Positions 59,110 to 64,000 of a DNA stretch of 64,000 nt are shown one piece after another; position 1 is the first letter of the stretch; each line of letters begins with the position of its first letter. The notes under the pieces are model-generated. The model did not search any database, was not told the origin of the DNA, and saw only the letters and a program-made list of their open reading frames with translations. Both the position numbers and the translations under genes were made by a program. The stretch is from the NCBI GenBank assembly GCA_963731735.1, contig CAVSWO010000002.1, forward strand, positions 128,529-192,528, given 5' to 3'. Source of the DNA: Candidatus Kerfeldbacteria bacterium (lineage in GTDB: Bacteria > Patescibacteriota > Patescibacteriia > SBBC01 > CAIJZX01).

Positions 59110-61893
59110 TTATGCTAAGTTTGCGGTATTAGGATTCATCGCATAAACACGATAGAGCCGTGGATTGGTTCGTAGCAGGGTTTGAACCGCATCTCGGGCC
59201 AGTTGAAATCGACGAGCTCCCAACTCAGGCATTTCTTTTTCCCGAAGCGCCTCCCCAACCGTTTGGTCAATAAAGGCTTTGTTTTGTTGATAGACTTGGC
59301 CTTGATCAAGTCGTCCCAGCTGTTCACCTTTCGCTGCGGCAATGGTATCACGAAAGGCGGCCTGCCCGGCAACATCGCCAAAATCAAAGTCTTTATGTTC
59401 ACCGCGCGAGATGAGTAGTCGGGCACCCATAGCTTTGTGAAGATCGTCTGGGTTAACTAGGCCTCCGTATGTCGCCTGTAACCCATTGACAACGGCATCG
59501 CGCATTGCAGCATTCCGCTCGCCAGCTTTGACTATATTGCTTCGGCGAAAGTTTCTGTTTTGCAAAGCGGCTGTCATAAAATCAGCATCAGCGGCCACTG
59601 ATTCAGTCATCACGTCCGCCATCTTATCAGCATTGCGGGAAAGATATTCGTTAAGTGCCTGAGTCATAATGTTGTTTGCATCCCGAAATGCCCGGTGCGT
59701 GGCTCCGGTTGCATTCGCGAACTTCTGACGATCTTCAAAATCAACATTATCCAAAACGACATGATTATAGAGCTGATCTCGCATTTGTTCGGATAAGTCT
59801 TGTCCTGCTTTATCTGCCATTCCTTGCCGAATGTACATGTTCGCAATTTGTTGGCCAAGCTCATCTCCAGCCGCTCCGTTGCGAACCTGTAAATGTCGGC
59901 TTTTCAATATCGATTTGCTTGCTGCTTCGCGTTCAACTGCAGCCACAAAACTTGCCGTATCGGCTTGCGTCGCAAAGTCATTGTGGAACGCAGAAATCGA
60001 CATGTCTCCCATGTGTTTGTACATGGTTTTCAAGAACTGCTCCTCACGGTCAGGGCCCATCTGTCGTGCCACGTCACGAATCGCTTGGGCTTCAGCTACA
60101 TTTTGGACATGTCCGCGGTTAGCCAACTCTTCTCCCGATTCCATCCGCATCGATAATGGTGCGGTATTATTCATAGCCATGTCACGGAGCGTATCATTTG
60201 TCGTTTCTGGCCGTTTAACTGCTTTCGCCAACGAACTGGACAGTTTGGTTCGGACATCAGGATTGCTATCCCAAGCTTTGATCGTCCGGCTAACCACGTC
60301 TCGATTTGTAAGATCATTCAAATCAATTTTTCCGGATTGCAAGCCGACGGTCGCCGCTGCCGCTCGCGTCGCACCGCCACCCGTTCGAAGGAGGGTATTG
60401 ATTGTGCCAGCTGAAGCGTTGCTGAGGTCGCGTTCTTTAATTTCGCGATCCACGAGAGTTTCACGGAACTGCTCATATCGTCCAAGGGCTTGCCGTCGAG
60501 ATCGTGTGCCTTGTTCAAAGCCAGTTTGTGCCGCACTGTCAATGTCACGACCTGCCTCTTGGACCGTTTTTCGTCGAAGCGCTACATCGCGAACACCTCG
60601 CAAACTTGCTCCAGCTGCGCTGGTAGTGGCTGCTCGCGCGCGCCCAATTTGGCCAACTGTTCGGGCCAGGCCCGCATCAACCCGCGCGCCCAGGGCAACA
60701 CTTCGTTCGCGAACTTCAGCTTGACGGCGGGCTGAACGCTGCTGAAATACTCCTTGGATCGGCCGGATAGTCCGATCCCGTAACCAATTCACTCCGGTCG
60801 CGCCCAATCCAACCCCGACGCCAAAGGCGCCGGCCGCTTTCGCGCCATAGGTGCCGGACTGCATCGCGTACTGCAGCCCCATCACCATGAAAATAATGGC
60901 CACCAAGAACGGTAAGAAGTGATTGAGTTGCAGCGCGCCGGTTACAAATCCGAAAGTTGATCCCACCACGCCAATTTCTTGTTCATACGCGGCGCCGGCG
61001 TCACCACCGATATTGATACCGGCGTTCGGTCCGGCATTCGTTAAAATGGCAAGCGATAACCACAAAATAAACGCGATGACCGGCCCAACCGTCACGTATC
61101 GCCCAAATTCGGACCACCACTTCCGGGCGTACCCTTCGGTATTCGGCAGGATCCGCAAGGCGTAGGCCAATGGTGATAAGATGACTAAAATCCAGAGGGC
61201 CACGATCCGAACGGTCAAGATAACCGCAAAAGCCAAGGTCACAATCAAGGCGGTGACCATCAGCGCCAACCCGGCTAGTAGGCTGACGAAGATGCTACTA
61301 AAGGCAATGCCATTCCCGCCGGAAGAGACTGATGTTTGTGAAAAATTCAGAATCTCATTCAGTCCAAACAGCGACGCAAAATTTCCGAATAAGGCGTCTT
61401 TGTAGGAATTCACAAAGGTTAACATCACCACCTGTGAGGTTTGGATGAAGAAGCCGGCGATCAGGCGCGAGAAGTTGACCAGGAAAGCCATGATGATCAG
61501 CCGGGCCAGCAGCCGATTGTAGCGGTAGTTTTCGATCCGCAGGACCGTGCCGACCGCGATAATCAGCAGCGTGACGATAAAGAACATGTTGGTAATATCG
61601 CGCACGATTGACCAGCCGGTCACCACAATTGGAACATTAATGAAGTTATTGTGCAGCGACAGAATCACGATGACGTGTGTTGCGACCGCCGTCAGGTACC
61701 CGACAGTTTGAATCACTAGGAACACCAAGTTAGCCATTATTTGCGACAACTTGTTTAAGACCGCTGACTGATCGCCGGCCGCGTAGGTGACTGAACCGGC
61801 CAAAAACAATCCCGCGATAACCGCCAGCACCGTATAGGCGCGTGAATATCGGCTGAGATGGTGCGTCAGGCGTCGTAACATATTACTCAACAT
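59110..61893 (-). CDS. VirB6/TrbL-like polytopic membrane protein with long hydrophilic C-terminal extension
   Basis: 927 aa; about 8 TM helices in the first 400 aa, then a charged, Ala/Arg-rich 500-aa tail. Confidence 0.5.
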   Translation of the reverse strand: MLSNMLRRLTHHLSRYSRAYTVLAVIAGLFLAGSVTYAAGDQSAVLNKLSQIMANLVFLVIQTVGYLTAVATHVIVILSLHNNFINVPIVVTGWSIVRDITNMFFIVTLLIIAVGTVLRIENYRYNRLLARLIIMAFLVNFSRLIAGFFIQTSQVVMLTFVNSYKDALFGNFASLFGLNEILNFSQTSVSSGGNGIAFSSIFVSLLAGLALMVTALIVTLAFAVILTVRIVALWILVILSPLAYALRILPNTEGYARKWWSEFGRYVTVGPVIAFILWLSLAILTNAGPNAGINIGGDAGAAYEQEIGVVGSTFGFVTGALQLNHFLPFLVAIIFMVMGLQYAMQSGTYGAKAAGAFGVGVGLGATGVNWLRDRTIRPIQGVFQQRSARRQAEVRERSVALGARVDAGLARTVGQIGRARAATTSAAGASLRGVRDVALRRKTVQEAGRDIDSAAQTGFEQGTRSRRQALGRYEQFRETLVDREIKERDLSNASAGTINTLLRTGGGATRAAAATVGLQSGKIDLNDLTNRDVVSRTIKAWDSNPDVRTKLSSSLAKAVKRPETTNDTLRDMAMNNTAPLSMRMESGEELANRGHVQNVAEAQAIRDVARQMGPDREEQFLKTMYKHMGDMSISAFHNDFATQADTASFVAAVEREAASKSILKSRHLQVRNGAAGDELGQQIANMYIRQGMADKAGQDLSEQMRDQLYNHVVLDNVDFEDRQKFANATGATHRAFRDANNIMTQALNEYLSRNADKMADVMTESVAADADFMTAALQNRNFRRSNIVKAGERNAAMRDAVVNGLQATYGGLVNPDDLHKAMGARLLISRGEHKDFDFGDVAGQAAFRDTIAAAKGEQLGRLDQGQVYQQNKAFIDQTVGEALREKEMPELGARRFQLARDAVQTLLRTNPRLYRVYAMNPNTANLA

Positions 61894-63070
61894 GAACGGT
61901 TAGTCCCGAATCAATCCACTGACTAGAGTCTAAGGAATTCGTTCCACCGGACGCCTCGCTCGCCCATCCCCAGTTATCCTTGATCTGGATCTTGATATGG
62001 TAATCACATTCCGTGGCTCCGGTTCCGCCTCGGTGACAGTCAGTCGCACCCGGTTTAATCGTGTAGGCATGACTAAAGATGTGCGGGTTGCTCGGATCAG
62101 TTCGTGGCGCGTACGGGAAGTTAAAGCTATCCACCGTATCGCCCCAATTAATCGCAATTGACTGCAATGGCACCTGCTCCGCATCGGCTTTCGAGTTGAA
62201 TTTAATGGTCACCAAACCGCTACCACCTGAAACATTCAGTGTGTCGTCAGTGCTGTTCAGGAATAAGGCTTTCCGGTCAATTTTCCCATCATTGTTGACA
62301 TCGACACCGCAAATTTGCTCTCCCGCTTTATTTTTCAAACTTGGGTCACAGAAGAAGTCCGGCGGAATGGCGCAATAATCGTTCGGATATTGGGGATCGC
62401 GCTTCGGTGGATCGCCCGCGCAAACTTGAGTCGGCGGTTCCCAACCCGCACCGGAGACCAGCACGTAATTTGAACCATCCCAGCGCCAAATTCCACGGGA
62501 AGCCGGGAACAGTCGTCGAAGTCGTTCCTGGGCGAAATATTGGTTGGTGGTTGGATCATTTGGATCCGAGGTTTGCAATCCGGCGGTGTAGGATTGTGTT
62601 CCGCGGTTACTGGCGGCCGGAGAAGCAACGCCGACACACTGCCCGTCCGGATTTCCGTCGCCGTCATTATCGCGTTGGCATTGATTTACCTTGGTCATAT
62701 CGAGATTTCCGAGCGAATTCAAACAGCTCGAACCGTCCGTGGTACAGGCGATATCGCCACACGGCCCGTCACATGAGTACGGCGTCCCGCCTCGGGCTTG
62801 TGTCGCGCCGCTAAATTGCGAAACGTTTTTGACTTCGACTGACATCAATGGCCAGGTGGCAGGATTATTCGGGAAGCCATCCGGTTGCAGAAGACCACCG
62901 TACGGAGCCAAGTCTTGACTCCGGGTGTAACCAAGCGTCGGAACCGTATACGAATCCGAATTGACGCGTTGGGCATAGGCTTGATTATCACCGTTCGGCG
63001 AGACTACTTCAACAATGTCCTGGCAGGATTCTTTCACGAAGAATTGTACTTTATAGGTCAGCGCCTTCAT
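61883..63070 (-). CDS. Secreted Cys-rich protein
   Basis: 395 aa; many paired Cys, Asp/Gly/Asn-rich (DNDGDGNPDG) calcium-binding-like loops. Confidence 0.45.
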   Translation of the reverse strand: MKALTYKVQFFVKESCQDIVEVVSPNGDNQAYAQRVNSDSYTVPTLGYTRSQDLAPYGGLLQPDGFPNNPATWPLMSVEVKNVSQFSGATQARGGTPYSCDGPCGDIACTTDGSSCLNSLGNLDMTKVNQCQRDNDGDGNPDGQCVGVASPAASNRGTQSYTAGLQTSDPNDPTTNQYFAQERLRRLFPASRGIWRWDGSNYVLVSGAGWEPPTQVCAGDPPKRDPQYPNDYCAIPPDFFCDPSLKNKAGEQICGVDVNNDGKIDRKALFLNSTDDTLNVSGGSGLVTIKFNSKADAEQVPLQSIAINWGDTVDSFNFPYAPRTDPSNPHIFSHAYTIKPGATDCHRGGTGATECDYHIKIQIKDNWGWASEASGGTNSLDSSQWIDSGLTVHVE

Positions 63071-63160
63071 AGACGGTTGAGCCAGTCTGAATCATTAACC
63101 TATTGAGTCCATAGCAACTGAAATTCACCAGTTGCCTTGTCAAAGAGATTCGAATGCGCG

Positions 63161-63978
63161 TCAATCGCCATTAGCGTTTAGATTCTCCACGGCACCAGGG
63201 TAACTATATGTTACCCGCCAATAATCTGCATCGGGTGCATCATCCCGAAAACGGTATATTTTTTCGCAGACCCTTCCTTCATAATCACCCATACAATCTG
63301 TTTTATAAGGCGAAGTGGCATTCGAAGCTTTGAACTGCTTATTATTCGTAAATGTAATTGGGCTAAGTGCGTTCACCTCCAGGACTTGAATTGGTCCAGA
63401 CAGCATTAACGATTTCATCTTCTGTTAGACCTTTAGCATTTTGCGTCGGTTGGACTGTACAGTAGTTTACACTTGAGGCAATCATCCATACGAGGCAGCG
63501 ATCGTACGATCAACATTGAACAATTGGTCCGGAATCGCCACCTGCACAAGAGTTTCCTATGGGGTTACATTGGGTGGTTTCTGTTCGGTATTGCTCGGAT
63601 ATTACATACGAAAGTCCGGACGAAAATCGGACCACCTTTGTTGTTTCCCTTTGCACTCGCACACAGATAGAGTGGCACACGGTCCTGATAACCGGCCTGG
63701 GTTTCCGAGCCGAAAATTGAACTTTGCCCTTTAATCAAATCAACGGGCCACCAGGATAGACAGGTGCCGGTCAGTGAGTCTTGTTCCAGGCAGTATCCTT
63801 GCCATCCGTGGTATTCCACTCCGCTCTGGTCAATATAGTCGCAAGCCGGCGCGTCTTCGCGCGGATATAACCGACAGGATGGCGAAACATAAGATGGACT
63901 GGTGTCGGTCTGCAAAACCGGTTGCACCTGAACATCATCCACATAGAACGGGACGGCTGGCTGTCCCGGAGCCAGCAC
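63161..63978 (-). other. Two further Cys-rich ORF fragments (63161..63418, 63565..63978) upstream of the Cys-rich protein; possibly pieces of one larger decayed gene
   Basis: Similar Cys/Asp-rich composition; separated by stops or frame changes; the distal one reaches the window edge. Confidence 0.3.
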
Positions 63979-64000
63979 AATCGCAAAACGTGTGTATCCG

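Noticed and set aside
59676-60735. Plus-strand ORFs 59676..60122, 59831..60724, 60490..60735 inside the TrbL-like gene
   Set aside because: Antisense to a 927-aa membrane protein ORF; Arg/Ser/Ala-rich low-complexity translations.

Overview
64-kb window that looks like part of a compact bacterial chromosome. Genes are tightly packed or overlapping, and the organisation resembles Gram-positive or candidate-phyla (CPR) genomes; lineage cannot be assigned from sequence alone. Four blocks. (1) 1-16.5 kb is one long minus-strand operon: six tandem paralogous secreted proteins sharing a Cys-loop motif, then a 1412-aa Cys-rich surface protein, then pilM-pilN-pilO-small membrane protein-pilB-receiver-pilT (pilT runs off the window start). 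(2) 16.5-23.3 kb is plus-strand housekeeping: LemA, a membrane protein, HtpX, ClpC with a near-consensus sigma70-type promoter, and ComF, followed by tRNA-Ser(TGA) with odd partial duplicates. (3) 23.4-44.3 kb is a mosaic, partly lower-GC accessory segment lying between tRNA genes (tRNA-Ser(TGA) at one end; tRNA-Ser(GCT) and a tRNA-Arg at the other). It holds a HIT protein, a stand-alone RelA/SpoT-type HD alarmone hydrolase, a peptide-type ABC importer with a decayed binding protein, an archaeal-type proS split into three ORFs, an FAD oxidoreductase, an Asp/Glu racemase and a GNAT. It also holds an unusual signalling operon: a PaaK/GH3-like adenylate-forming enzyme, an E1/ThiF-like domain fused to a multi-TM-GAF-histidine kinase (whose 3' part is frameshifted), two receiver proteins and a nucleotidyltransferase. 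recG follows. (4) 46.6-64 kb is a minus-strand type IV secretion-like cluster: a VirB1-like lytic transglycosylase fused to beta-helix/Ig domains, a TolB-like propeller, VirB4 split in two, a VirB3-like protein, a VirB6/TrbL-like protein, and two proteins sharing a pilin-like two-helix module. Frameshifted or fragmented genes are concentrated in blocks 3 and 4, whereas the large genes of blocks 1 and 2 are intact.
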